Part shown: piece after piece, positions 48,359 through 58,445 of the stretch | Layout of the letters: each line of letters starts with the position of its first letter | How positions within the stretch are numbered: position 1 is the first letter of the stretch | Virus record (IMG/VR): IMGVR_UViG_3300028173_000007 | Coordinates: 25,588 to 89,587 of that record | From: a virus | Length of the DNA stretch: 64,000 bases | Strand: one strand, 5' to 3' | Program-made: the position numbers and the translations under genes | Notes under the pieces: generated by a model | The model's input: only the letters and a program-made list of their open reading frames with translations | The model's database searches: none | What the model was told of the DNA's origin: nothing

Positions 48359-48792
48359 TCGTGTGGCTTCTGGTGTCCATCGTGACCGTTGCCGACGTGG
48401 CCTGCGGCGAGAGCTCGCACGCCTTCACCGACGCGAAGGCCGTCGCCGGCGTGATCATGAACCGAGCTCGGGCGCGGGGCGTGACGCCGCTCGAAGCGGC
48501 CACGCGCCGCGGCCAGTTCGCCCGCGGGTGTCGAGCCGTCAACGCGCCCTCGCGGCTCACCTGGCGCCACCTGGCCGCCAGCACGCGCGCACACCTGGGC
48601 ATCGACCGGCGGCCCGCGTGGCTCACCGAGGACGTGCTTTGGTTCTGCGCCGAGGCCGGGCCCGAGGCCGGCTGCGCCCGCTGGCGCGAGCCCGGCTCCT
48701 GGGGCCGCAAGTTGGCCGAGGCCGGCCGCACCTACGACACGCGCCCGCACCGCGCCGGGCGCCTCATGCACCGCTATTGGAGGATGCCATGA
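48355..48792 (+). CDS. SleB-like cell wall hydrolase
   Basis: ACGES...AVAGVIMNR...GQF motif, N-terminal hydrophobic segment. Confidence 0.65.
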   Translation: MIVWLLVSIVTVADVACGESSHAFTDAKAVAGVIMNRARARGVTPLEAATRRGQFARGCRAVNAPSRLTWRHLAASTRAHLGIDRRPAWLTEDVLWFCAEAGPEAGCARWREPGSWGRKLAEAGRTYDTRPHRAGRLMHRYWRMP

Positions 48793-49265
48793 CCACCCGC
48801 CCCGCCCCCGCCCCCAGGTGTTCCGGCCGCGTCCACGACGGCGGCGCGTCGGTTCGGTTTCACCAGTGCCGCCGTAATGCCGTCCTCGGCCCGTGTAAGG
48901 ACGGGCACCACTGGTGCCGCCAGCACGCCCCCCGCTACCTCGCCGCGGCCGGCGCCGAGACCGTCCAACTTTGGTGCGTCCGCCTGTATCAAGGCGAGCT
49001 CCAGACCAGCACCGCGCATTTTCGCCTCACGCCGAAGACCTACGTCCTGGCGTCGGAGCGGGGCTTCGACTTCGTGACGAAACATGACCGCGGGCTGGTG
49101 GATCGGGGCGGCATCGTGGACGCCCGCTACTACGCGGTGATCGGCCGAACCGAGGGCGAGGCCTACCGGCGTTTCGCCAGCTTCGCCAGTGCGCGGGCTG
49201 TGAAGTTGGCCGAGGACCTCGCCGCACTCCGCGCCGCCATCGCGTGCGCCGAGGGGGAGTCTTGA
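48789..49265 (+). CDS. Hypothetical protein (C3H Zn motif)
   Basis: RC...QC...WCRQH; GGAGG RBS. Confidence 0.5.
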   Translation: MTTRPAPAPRCSGRVHDGGASVRFHQCRRNAVLGPCKDGHHWCRQHAPRYLAAAGAETVQLWCVRLYQGELQTSTAHFRLTPKTYVLASERGFDFVTKHDRGLVDRGGIVDARYYAVIGRTEGEAYRRFASFASARAVKLAEDLAALRAAIACAEGES

Positions 49266-49651
49266 GCGTGGGCCGCTGGAGCCTGCGCGAGTACCCTCGG
49301 GCCTGCGCCTACTGCGGAGAGGCCCTGACGGCCCCCCGGCCAGGCCGGGACGGTGACCGCGTGGCCATGATCGTTGTCGAGCACCCGCTGACCCGCCGGA
49401 AGGTGTCGGTGGGCTGGCACATCGGGGAAGAAGGCGACGCCACCGGGGGCCACTGTTACGACGTGTCCCCGTTCGGTGACCGGCTCGTCGTCGAGGACGA
49501 CGGCGTGGCCTTCACGTTCACCATGATTCGAGAGATCGCGAAGCGGGGGCCCAACCGGGTCCGCGTCCTGCTCGAAGGGGAGACGGCCGTCGATGCGCGC
49601 GGCCGCCTCCTGGGCCCCGATGGGGCTGCACTCACACGCGCTATCGCCTGA
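49262..49651 (+). CDS. Hypothetical protein
   Basis: CAYC motif; operon packing. Confidence 0.5.
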   Translation: MSVGRWSLREYPRACAYCGEALTAPRPGRDGDRVAMIVVEHPLTRRKVSVGWHIGEEGDATGGHCYDVSPFGDRLVVEDDGVAFTFTMIREIAKRGPNRVRVLLEGETAVDARGRLLGPDGAALTRAIA

Positions 49652-49666
49652 GAGGTTGGGGAACCT

Positions 49667-50248
49667 ATGACCGACACTAAGACCGGGTGGCGCGAGCTCG
49701 CCGCCGCCCAGAAGACGAAGAAGAAGACCCGCAAACGGCCGGACGACCCGGAGCACCGCGCACAGTGCGGCATCGTGGAGGTGATGCGGCTCACGCAGAT
49801 CCCCCACGCGGCGAGCCTCAACGGCGTGAGGCTCCCCCCCGGCCTGGCCGGGAAGGCGAAGGCCGCGGGCATGACCGCCGGCGAGCCGGACTTCCGCATC
49901 GACGGCCACCCGTTGCGGCCCGAGCTCGCCACCCTCGCCCTCGCCGCGGTTCGCCTCCGCGGTGTCGCTGGCAAGTTCGCGGAGGGGCCGCAAGCTCGAC
50001 AACTTGAGGCCGTGGCCGATTGGCTGGCCGTCGGCGCCCCGTCCGCGGTGTTCGTGGAGCTCAAGGCCGACGACGTGGCCAAGCGCAACCGGCTCACCGA
50101 CCCCGAGGCCGGCGCGAGCGACGTGCAGCGCGCCCGCATGGCCGAGATCCGACAGGTGAGCGGCGCCGAGTGCTTTGTGGCCTACGGCATGGACGACTGC
50201 CTGCGGAAAATGGGCGAGCTCGGCTTCGCTGTGAGGGGGTGCCTGTGA
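49667..50248 (+). CDS. VRR-NUC domain nuclease
   Basis: EHRAQ, GMTAGEPD, FVELK, S.VQ motifs. Confidence 0.75.
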   Translation: MTDTKTGWRELAAAQKTKKKTRKRPDDPEHRAQCGIVEVMRLTQIPHAASLNGVRLPPGLAGKAKAAGMTAGEPDFRIDGHPLRPELATLALAAVRLRGVAGKFAEGPQARQLEAVADWLAVGAPSAVFVELKADDVAKRNRLTDPEAGASDVQRARMAEIRQVSGAECFVAYGMDDCLRKMGELGFAVRGCL

Positions 50249-51522
50249 GCGCGTCGACTGACCTTCCCGTCTACAACGCAACCGGGGGCCGCAACACCTG
50301 GGCGACCCCGCCCGCGTTCCTCCGCGCCGCCGCCGCCGCCCTGGGCGTCGAGGACTTCGCCCTCGACATCGCCGCCCTCGGGTGGAGCTCCCAGGGGCGC
50401 CGCTACTTCGGGCCCGACGCCGAGATCATGGCCGACCGTGACGCCTTCGGGGGCGACCACCCGCCCATGCCCCGCACCGCGGGCCTCGCGCCCGGCTCGC
50501 CCGAGCTCGTGGCCAGGTGGCGCGCAGACGGCGCCCGCTACGCAAACCCGCCCTACTCCCGCGCGTGCCTCGCGTGCCGCGACGGCGAGTGGAAGCGGGC
50601 CACGAAGACCCGAAAGGGGTGCTCGGCCAAGGGCCACGCCAGCCGGACGGTCACCGACTGGATGCGCGCCATCGCGGCCGCCGGCGTCGACCCCGAGGGC
50701 GGCGGGCCCTTCCTGGCCCTGCCCGCGTTCCGGCCGGCGACCGAGTGGTTCAGCCGCCACGTTCACGGCGTCGCGCGTCGCGTGGTCCTGCCCCGCGGCC
50801 GGCTGCGCTTCGAGACGGGGCCGGGCAAGCCGGCGAAGACGGGCGCCCCGTTCCCCTCGTGCCTCATCGAGTACGTCCCGCCCCCGCCGGGCTGGGCCTG
50901 GGTGACGCAGTACGGCGCGATCAACGCGGACGGGACCGACCCCGATATCCCGCCCCCCGTCGTGCGGCGGGAGTCGGACCCGGCGAGGTCCTACGTCGTG
51001 CGGGGGAGCGTGGCGTGTCTCCTGGGTGCCGACATCGCGCGCCAGAAGGTCGCGCGCGAAAGGGTCGCCCTCGGGGTGCCCGAACTTGAGCCCGTGGAGC
51101 CGCCAGCCGACCGGGAGTGGTTGGCCCGAGTGGAGACCGCCGCAGCGGAAATCCGGGGAGCCTACGGCCCCGAGGCCCTCGCCGGCCTCCCGCCCGAGTA
51201 CCTCACCGGGGGGCGCGTGAACCGCATCGCCGTCACCGTCACCACGAAGCCGACGCCCGAGCCCGTGAAGCGGGGGAATGTGAAGCTGATCACCCTGGGG
51301 GGGGGCGCGGAACAGGGGGGGGAGGATAGCGGCGCAGCCGCTCGCCAGGTGAGCGAGTTGCGGCCCGTTCGTGACGGTGGCGTGGGGCGCGGCACCGCGG
51401 ATCTCTCCCACCGCGGGGTGTGCGGGTGCTGTGGAGCTCCCCGAGGGCCCGACGCCAGCATGACCCACGACGGCGAGTGCATCTGGCACCCCTCGCGGGA
51501 CATCGGCCTCTCCCCATACTGA
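50245..51522 (+). CDS. Phage DNA N6-adenine methyltransferase (Dam-like) with C-terminal extension
   Basis: WATP, FALDIAA, ANPPYS, T.WF, GRLRF, APFPS. Confidence 0.8.
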   Translation: MSASTDLPVYNATGGRNTWATPPAFLRAAAAALGVEDFALDIAALGWSSQGRRYFGPDAEIMADRDAFGGDHPPMPRTAGLAPGSPELVARWRADGARYANPPYSRACLACRDGEWKRATKTRKGCSAKGHASRTVTDWMRAIAAAGVDPEGGGPFLALPAFRPATEWFSRHVHGVARRVVLPRGRLRFETGPGKPAKTGAPFPSCLIEYVPPPPGWAWVTQYGAINADGTDPDIPPPVVRRESDPARSYVVRGSVACLLGADIARQKVARERVALGVPELEPVEPPADREWLARVETAAAEIRGAYGPEALAGLPPEYLTGGRVNRIAVTVTTKPTPEPVKRGNVKLITLGGGAEQGGEDSGAAARQVSELRPVRDGGVGRGTADLSHRGVCGCCGAPRGPDASMTHDGECIWHPSRDIGLSPY

Positions 51523-51612
51523 CCGCCAGGGCGTATGCTGCGCCCGCTCGCGTTCTGTGGGTGTTCCACCGCCGGTGTGAGCTAGCCTCGCGCGCAACAG
51601 CCGGCGGTGGTC

Positions 51613-51723
51613 CTCTTGCGCACCCTCTCTTGCGCACCTATTGAGCACCGGCCGCCCGCGCTCAATAGGGGGGGTACGAAAACGTACCCCCTGACCAGAT
51701 AGAGGGTACGAAAACGTACCCCC
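51613..51723. repeat. Non-coding repeat cluster with two iteron-like palindromes
   Basis: ctcttgcgcacc x2; IR cctattgagc/gctcaatagg; gggtacgaaaacgtaccccc x2, 32 bp apart. Confidence 0.85.
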
Positions 51724-51812
51724 TTGTCGACCGTCCATGAGCTCACTACCGTTTGTGCAGGTGCTCGCGGCGTGCCCCAGCGCGCCCGAGTGGGGCCCCA
51801 ACGTGACCCCGC

Positions 51813-52607
51813 GTGACTCGACGTGAGCCCGCGCGGTCCAGCATAGGCCGGCAAGTGACCGACATCGTGGAGCATTCAGGGGGGGCGCATCCGGGTACAC
51901 TGGAGACCCCGAAGCCTGACCCCGACGACGCACGACCGTTCGAGGTGCTCGACGCCCTGGACGCCGGCGAGTCGGTGCGCGCCGTTCGGGCCCGGTTCAA
52001 GATCGGCGCTGGCACCCTGCGGAAGCTCCGCGCCGATCCCGAGCTCGCCGCCCGACGTGAGACCCACCGCGAGGCCCTCGCCGAGCACGAGCGAATGCGC
52101 GTGCCCTACCTCGTGGCCGAGCACCTGATCGACACGCTCAACGTGTCCGCGACCGCTCGACACTTCGGGATCAGCCGCCCGACGGTTTACAAGTACCTCG
52201 CTTCGACCGGGGCGATAAGCGCCGTGCGCGAGCTCGCAGGCCTGAACGCCGCCCTTGTGCGCCTCGCTGCGCAGCGGGCCTTGGCCGAGGGCGTGCCCGA
52301 GCTCCTGCGCATCCTCACCGACAGCGAGAGCGACGCGGTGACTGGCAAGGCGAACGTGGCCGAGGTCCTGCGGAAGCTGGGCGTGGGGGAGCAGTCCGGC
52401 GGCGGCCCGAGCATCGTCGCGAACGTGGCCGTCGCCACCGACGGCGGCCAGGCCATCGCAGGCGAAGGCGCCCAGGTGGCGAACCTGCCCGCGCCTCTAC
52501 ACGAAGCAGACCTTCCGACCGAGGCCCTTCACCGCCTGGCGCGTGCGTGCCTCGACGTGGAGACGCTCGCGGTCACCGACCCGGAACCTGACGAGGTGAA
52601 GCGATGA
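51813..52607 (+). CDS. Double-HTH protein, candidate terminase small subunit
   Basis: GESVRAVRARFKIGAGTL and NVSATARHFGISRPTVYKYL HTHs, helical core, TerS-like tail; start uncertain. Confidence 0.5.
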   Translation: MTRREPARSSIGRQVTDIVEHSGGAHPGTLETPKPDPDDARPFEVLDALDAGESVRAVRARFKIGAGTLRKLRADPELAARRETHREALAEHERMRVPYLVAEHLIDTLNVSATARHFGISRPTVYKYLASTGAISAVRELAGLNAALVRLAAQRALAEGVPELLRILTDSESDAVTGKANVAEVLRKLGVGEQSGGGPSIVANVAVATDGGQAIAGEGAQVANLPAPLHEADLPTEALHRLARACLDVETLAVTDPEPDEVKR

Positions 52608-52816
52608 AGCACCAGTCCGTCGACCCGGAGTGGTTGTGGCTTGACGCACGGCTGCGCGCGATGGCCGCGGCCATCGCGCGCCACCGTGCGCAGGCGGGCG
52701 AGATCATCCGATCCACGCGCTTTCAGAGGTGGCGCACCGAGTGGGACCGGCACGCCGACCGCTGGCAGGTCCTCATGGACTCGGAACACGAGACGGAAGC
52801 CGAGGTGTGCGGGTGA
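52604..52816 (+). CDS. Hypothetical protein
   Basis: ATGA overlap, GAGG RBS. Confidence 0.5.
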   Translation: MKHQSVDPEWLWLDARLRAMAAAIARHRAQAGEIIRSTRFQRWRTEWDRHADRWQVLMDSEHETEAEVCG

Positions 52817-53562
52817 AGTGGTACGAGAACAACGCGGGGACTCGCTCGCACGCCTTCGCCCCCCGCGCCCGACGCTCGGTGTGCGACAAGGCCGGGCGGA
52901 AGTCCTGCATCCACCCCGAGCGGGCGCCGCGGCCTGAGAAGTGCGGGGCGTGCCTCGCCGAGCTCGAAGCCCGAGCCGTGGCCGACCGCCCGGCCCGCGG
53001 CGAGCCCTCGCAACTTGGGTTGCTGGAGTCGGTGGCCGTCGCGGCCTTCGATCCCGCGCCCGACGCGCCCGCCCGCATTCAGGCGAACCGTCGAGGGCTG
53101 GAGACTGTGGCCCAGGCGACCGAGTGGTTAGAAGCCCGCCTCGACGACGGCGCCGACTGCCCGTGCTGCGGCCAGGTCGCGAAGGTCTACCGGCGCAAGC
53201 TGAACGCCGAGAAGGTGCGCGTCCTCGCGTGGCTCGCCTTCGTGAGCTCGCCGTCGTCGGCCTTCGTTCACTTGTCTGCGACCGCGCCGGCCTGGGTCCT
53301 CGCGGCGGGCGGCGAGGTCGCCAAGTTGCGCCATTGGGGCCTCGCGGAGCAGGCCCCGAACGACAACCCGAAGACGCGCACCTCGGGCCACTGGCGCGTG
53401 ACCGCGCGCGGTCTCGCGTTCCTGAACGGCGCCCAGGCGCCCGCGCACGTCCTCCTGTTCAACAACCGAGTCGTCGGCTTCGCAGAGACGACCACCACGG
53501 CGGCCGAGTCCGCCCAGAGCGGCGGCTTCGACTACCGCGCGCTCATGGAAGGGTGCGAATGA
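52813..53562 (+). CDS. Hypothetical protein (Zn ribbon + winged-helix-like)
   Basis: CPCCGQ...KLRHWGL...WRVTARG. Confidence 0.55.
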   Translation: MKWYENNAGTRSHAFAPRARRSVCDKAGRKSCIHPERAPRPEKCGACLAELEARAVADRPARGEPSQLGLLESVAVAAFDPAPDAPARIQANRRGLETVAQATEWLEARLDDGADCPCCGQVAKVYRRKLNAEKVRVLAWLAFVSSPSSAFVHLSATAPAWVLAAGGEVAKLRHWGLAEQAPNDNPKTRTSGHWRVTARGLAFLNGAQAPAHVLLFNNRVVGFAETTTTAAESAQSGGFDYRALMEGCE

Positions 53563-53684
53563 CCCGCGTGGCGCTACTCGTCGGCCTGGCGTTCACCCGC
53601 ATGGCGGTTCGCGGGGCCCTCGTCGGTGTTGCGGCCGTGGGTGCTGGCGCCGCCGTCCTCGTCGTCTGGGGGCTGTGTGACTGA
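53559..53684 (+). CDS. Small hydrophobic peptide
   Basis: Overlapping start/stop; TM-like. Confidence 0.4.
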   Translation: MTRVALLVGLAFTRMAVRGALVGVAAVGAGAAVLVVWGLCD

Positions 53685-54240
53685 GCCGCTCCCTACCCTG
53701 GAAATGCCCTGGGGCGTGACGCTGGACGCCTTCGAGGTTCGCGCCGCGGTCGCCCTCGGCCTGCGCCGAGCTCAGCAGAACAAGGCCGCCGGCCTGGCCG
53801 ACGACACGGCCGGCGGCCAGTCGGCCGTCGAGGTTCACGTCGTCGGGGCGCTCGGTGAGATCGCCTTCGCGCGCGTCGCGAACGTCTACCCTGACCTCGC
53901 CCCATGCCCCCGCATCGGTGGCGTGGACTCGGCCCTCGCAAGCGGCCTCACCGTGGACGTGAAGGCAACGCGGGCGCTGGACGGGAACCTGCTAGAGCCC
54001 GTCTCGAAGGCGAAGCACCCGAGCTCGCGCACGGCGGACGTGTGCGTCCTCGCGCGGGTGGCGTGGACCGAGGGCCAACGCACCGCAGAAGTCGAGCTCG
54101 TCGGGTGGGCCTGGACGGTCCACCTGCGGCAGACGATCCGCGAGGCGGGGATGCGGACCCCCGCGTACTTCCGCCACGCTTCGCGGCTCGCCCGAAGCCT
54201 CCCGCTAGTGACCTGGCCAGAAGGTGATCCCCGTGCCTGA
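53677..54240 (+). CDS. PD-(D/E)xK restriction-fold nuclease-like protein
   Basis: GALGEIAF...GVD...VDVKAT. Confidence 0.55.
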   Translation: MTEPLPTLEMPWGVTLDAFEVRAAVALGLRRAQQNKAAGLADDTAGGQSAVEVHVVGALGEIAFARVANVYPDLAPCPRIGGVDSALASGLTVDVKATRALDGNLLEPVSKAKHPSSRTADVCVLARVAWTEGQRTAEVELVGWAWTVHLRQTIREAGMRTPAYFRHASRLARSLPLVTWPEGDPRA

Positions 54241-54524
54241 ACCGCTACCAGCCCCCCCCCGCAGACCGCCCCGAGGGCGACCACGGCCGGTGCAAGTCCT
54301 GCGGCGCCGGCGTGCTGTGGGTCGTCACCGACACCGGAAAGAAGATGCCGCTCGACCAGCCCTTCCCCATCGTGCCCGACGACCACGGGGCGTTTGTCGG
54401 CTTCGACAAGTGGGGCCGGTTCCGCTGCGGCTACGACGGGACCGGCGACCACCGCGCCGTCAACGTCGGGGCGTCTCACTTCGTCACCTGCCCGAACGCA
54501 GACCACCACCGAAAGAAGGGGTGA
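54233..54524 (+). pseudogene. Small Zn-binding protein apparently frameshifted at a C9 tract
   Basis: GTG 54233 joins RCKSCGAGVLW...HFVTC only if the 54252-54260 run were C8. Confidence 0.45.
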
Positions 54525-54527
54525 CCC

Positions 54528-54806
54528 ATGCGACGACTGACAGAACGCCAGGAGGCCGTGCTGCGCCGCTACATCGCGGCGGCCCTCGAAGGGCGCCCGC
54601 CCCCGACCATGCGCCAGGTGGGCGAGGCCACCGGCCGCACTCACACCAGCGTTCACCAGCACGTCGCCGCGTTGCGCAAGTGGGGATACATGGAGGGCCT
54701 GCGCGTGACGCACACGGCCCGAGGCGAGCCCTTCGTCCTCGCGGCCGAGGTGTTGGCCCAGGCGAGCGCCGAGGACCTCCGCGCGGCCCTTGAGGCCTGC
54801 GCGTGA
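54528..54806 (+). CDS. LexA-type DNA-binding domain protein (no peptidase domain)
   Basis: LTERQEAVL...PPTMRQVGEATG...SVHQHVAALRKWGY. Confidence 0.75.
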   Translation: MRRLTERQEAVLRRYIAAALEGRPPPTMRQVGEATGRTHTSVHQHVAALRKWGYMEGLRVTHTARGEPFVLAAEVLAQASAEDLRAALEACA

Positions 54807-56314
54807 AGGCGGCCGGCATCATCGCCGCCCTCGTGGCGGCCGCGGCGGTCTACTGGCACGTCTACCCCGGCCCGTGCGGCCGACTGGCCGATCTCTGCGC
54901 GGAGCTCCACGAGGGGCGGGCCGCGCCGGGCTCGGTGTCGGTCGAGCTCGCGGTGGCCTGCTCCCCGTTCGCGCACATGCACGGCGAGTGGACGCGGGGC
55001 CAGTGCGCCGAGGTCCTCCCATGATTGCCAGGCGCGACGCCGTGACCGTGGCGGAAGCGGTCAACAGGCGCCAGTCGACGGATCTTGCCGCTGCGCAACA
55101 GCGCGGCCAGGCGGCGGCGCTGGCCGTCGTGTGGCAACGCCTCCGGCTCTCATGGTCGCTAGCCCTCGTTGACGGCTACGCGGTGGTGACGTGACACCAG
55201 ACGGCGGCTTCGGCCTGGGCCTGCTCATGTACCGTCGCGGGCAACCGTCGCGGTTCCACCTTCACCCCGGCTGGCGCGTGTACGTCCTCGCGGGCCGAAC
55301 GCGCATGTTCGAGGTTCCCCCCTGGGCGACCCCGCTATCCCCGCTCCCCGTCCGCCTGGCCGCGCGCCTCGCTGCAAGGATCGGCCTGTAGGTGGACTGG
55401 CCGGCGGACCTGCGCGCGGAGGCCCTCGCGGCCTTCGACTGTCCGGCGTACCAGCACCGGGTCGAAGGGCAGGTGTGCGCGGGGCTGTGGCTTGCGGCGA
55501 ACGCGCCCGACACGACCGAGAACACCGCGCGGCCCTTCTGGTGCCGCTGGTGCCCCGCCGGGGGCGACCGGGCCCGCGTGCTACGGTGGGCGGCCTGGCG
55601 CGTCTCCAGGGGCGTGCGCGGGCCCGTCCCCGCGGCATCCTTCGAGGTGCTCCGGTGGCTGGTGAAGGTCGGGCCTCGGATGGCCGGCCGGGAGGGGCGG
55701 GCGGGCGACAAGATCCCGACCCGCGTTGCGGGTGAGCTCCACCGGCGCGGCCTCCTGCTTCGGTGCGGCGAGCTCTACGAGCCGACCGATCTCGGTCGGG
55801 CGCTGGTGGAGGTGGCCCCGTGACGAAACAAGCCGCAGCCGACCGCCTGGCCGCAGCCCTGCGCGCCAACCTCCCCGCTCGCGGCTGGACCGAGGTAGAC
55901 GGCCGCTTCGAGGCGGGGGAGACCACCGTTCAACCGTTCCCCGCGCGGCGCACGGTGGCGGTGTGCTGGCCCGTGCTGACCTCGGGGGCTATCCACCTGT
56001 GCCGCGTCGTGGTCGGGCCGCTGGGCGCCGGCCGCGGCTGGCCTGAGCGGCTGGCCTACGCGGCGTCGGCCTTCGTGAAGGGCGAGCCCGTGCCCGGTGT
56101 CCGCCACCGGCGCGTGCCCCCTCCCGAGGGGCTGGAGACCGTGCGCGTGCGGGTCGACTGCCCCGCATGTTCGGTGGACACCTTCGTCCCGCTCCCCGAG
56201 GTGCTCGCCCCCTCCCCCTGGCGGTGCGTGGAGTGCGGCGTCCCGCTGGCCGTGAAGATCCAGACGGCGACGAGCCGGGCCGGCCGGCCGCGCCTTGTGG
56301 CGGTGAAGGGGTGA
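54803..56314 (+). other. Run of five small overlapping hypothetical genes (54803-55024, 55021-55194, 55191-55391, 55392-55823, 55820-56314)
   Basis: Consecutive ORFs with start/stop overlaps. Confidence 0.5.
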
Positions 56315-58443
56315 AGGTCCGCCAAGTGTTGCGGGGCTGGGCCCGCGCGCTGGTGGTGGCCGGTGCGGCCTTCGCGCTGGCCCTCGGGGCCGTGGAGTGC
56401 GGCGACGGCCTCGCGCGCCTCCCGCTCACCTGGCCCGACGTGGCGGCCTCCGCGGCCGAGCTCCAGCCCGACGACGAGCTCCAGCCCGACGAACTCGCGG
56501 CGCTGGCCACCCTGACGCTCACCGGGCCCGCGCCCGACGACGACCCGACGCGCGCCTACCTCGCGCGGCGTCACCCGCAACTGCTCCGCGACTCACTCGC
56601 CTACTGGATGCGACACGCGGCCGGGATGGAGGTCGGCCCGCACCACGTCGAGTGGTCCGAGCTCCTGACGGAGCACTCCCACCTCGCCCTACTCGCGGCC
56701 CGTGGGCATGGGAAGTCCGCCTTCTGGAGCTACGCATACCCCCTCTGGCGCGCGTGGCGCGAGCCGAACACCCGCGGCCTCCTGATCTCGAACACCGAGG
56801 GGCAGGTGGCCGAGCTCATGCGGATCATGAAGGACGGCAAGGCCTTCGTGGACGGCACCGGGCGCGAATGGCGAATGCCCCCCGCAGCGAGCTTGCCGAT
56901 CCTCGCAGACATCGTGCCGCCCACATGGGAGCGGACGTGGACGACCGAGCGGATCTGGTTCACGAACGGGTCACTGTTCGAGGCTAAGACCTTCGGCAAA
57001 AGCTTTCGCGGGCGCCACGTTCAGTGGATCGTTGTCGACGACCCCATCAAAGACAACAGCCAGTACAGCGCCGTAGAACGGGAGAAGTCCAAAGCCTTCC
57101 TGCACCGCGCCATCGGCAAGATGCTACTCCCCGCGCGCGGGGCTCAAATGGTCGTGATCGGCACGCCGATGCACGGCGACGATCTACACGCCGATCTGCG
57201 CCGGCTGCACGTCCAAGCCGAGCGGCGAGGGCGCCGGCCTGGCGACTGGTTCCAGCGTCCCTATCCTGGGCATTGGCTGGACCCGACAACGGGCGAGAGC
57301 CGCTACCTGTGGCCGGCCCTGCGCGGGCACGCATGGCACCGGCGCGAGCGCGAGAGCAACGCCCTCGCGTACTCGCAGGAGATCGAGCTTCGGCCGGTCT
57401 CGGATGAGACCTCGCTTTTTCCCCCGTCGCTCCTGCACCGGCACGGGGACACGCTCAACCATGAAGCGGTGCTTCGGCCGTCGCGCGCCGACCTGGCCGC
57501 GGCCGGCTGGGCGGTGTTCATCGGCGTCGACCTGGCGATCTCGGCCGAGGTGGGCGCCGACTACACGGTGATCGTCGTGGTGGGCGTGGACTCGTCGCAG
57601 AACCGGCACCTTGTCGACCTGATCCGGCTGCACGGCGCCAGCTACTCGGCGCAGTTGTCGGCCATCATCGACGCCCACCGGCGGTACGGCGCCGAGCTCG
57701 TCTTCGTCGAGGGCAACCAATGGCAAGCGGTGGTGGCCCAGGGGCTCTCTGAGGGCACCGACTTGCCCGTCCGCCAGTACACGACCGGCGTAGAGAAGCA
57801 CTCGCTACGAAAGGGCGTGCCGTCCCTGCGGCCGCTCATCGAGAACGGCAAATACAGGTTCCCGCGCGGCGATGAGTACAGCCTTGCGCAGACGGACGTA
57901 CTATTCGCGGAGCTCCGCGACTTCGGGTTTGTAGACGGGAAGGTTCAGGGCATCGGGAACCACGACGATGCGGTCATGGCGCTTTGGATCACCGATCAGG
58001 CGATCCGCGAGGGCATCGCGTGGGGCTTCCGGTCGGACGCGGAGGACGAAGGCGCCGAGGCCACTATCGGGATGCACGCCGCAGTCGAGGCGGCCGAGCT
58101 CGCCGCCGAGGAAGGGCCGGGGGCCGAAGGCGTCCTCGCGGGGATGGCGGAGGCCGACCGGCTGGCCGAGCACGAGCGGCTGGTGCTCGCCAGGCCGGCA
58201 CGGCTGAACCCCGACGGGGTGCGCTGGCGACACGCGGCGATGGTTCACGGGGAGGGGCTCGACGGGGTGAAGGAGGCCGCGGCCTCCTGGCCAGCCGACC
58301 GGGGCGAACACGTCGCGGCGTGGAACGCGCTACAGCGGGAACCCTACGACCTGAGCTCGGTAGACCCGGCCATCGCGCAGGTGGTCTATCAGGACTCCCC
58401 AGGAGTCGCCCGAGCGATGTTGCGCGACCTGCTCGACCTGTAG
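56311..58443 (+). CDS. terL: Terminase large subunit
   Basis: Walker A AARGHGKS, RGRH, Walker B IVVDDP, VIGTP, nuclease IGVDLA and HDDAVMALW. Confidence 0.92.
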   Translation: MKVRQVLRGWARALVVAGAAFALALGAVECGDGLARLPLTWPDVAASAAELQPDDELQPDELAALATLTLTGPAPDDDPTRAYLARRHPQLLRDSLAYWMRHAAGMEVGPHHVEWSELLTEHSHLALLAARGHGKSAFWSYAYPLWRAWREPNTRGLLISNTEGQVAELMRIMKDGKAFVDGTGREWRMPPAASLPILADIVPPTWERTWTTERIWFTNGSLFEAKTFGKSFRGRHVQWIVVDDPIKDNSQYSAVEREKSKAFLHRAIGKMLLPARGAQMVVIGTPMHGDDLHADLRRLHVQAERRGRRPGDWFQRPYPGHWLDPTTGESRYLWPALRGHAWHRRERESNALAYSQEIELRPVSDETSLFPPSLLHRHGDTLNHEAVLRPSRADLAAAGWAVFIGVDLAISAEVGADYTVIVVVGVDSSQNRHLVDLIRLHGASYSAQLSAIIDAHRRYGAELVFVEGNQWQAVVAQGLSEGTDLPVRQYTTGVEKHSLRKGVPSLRPLIENGKYRFPRGDEYSLAQTDVLFAELRDFGFVDGKVQGIGNHDDAVMALWITDQAIREGIAWGFRSDAEDEGAEATIGMHAAVEAAELAAEEGPGAEGVLAGMAEADRLAEHERLVLARPARLNPDGVRWRHAAMVHGEGLDGVKEAAASWPADRGEHVAAWNALQREPYDLSSVDPAIAQVVYQDSPGVARAMLRDLLDL

Positions 58444-58445
58444 GC

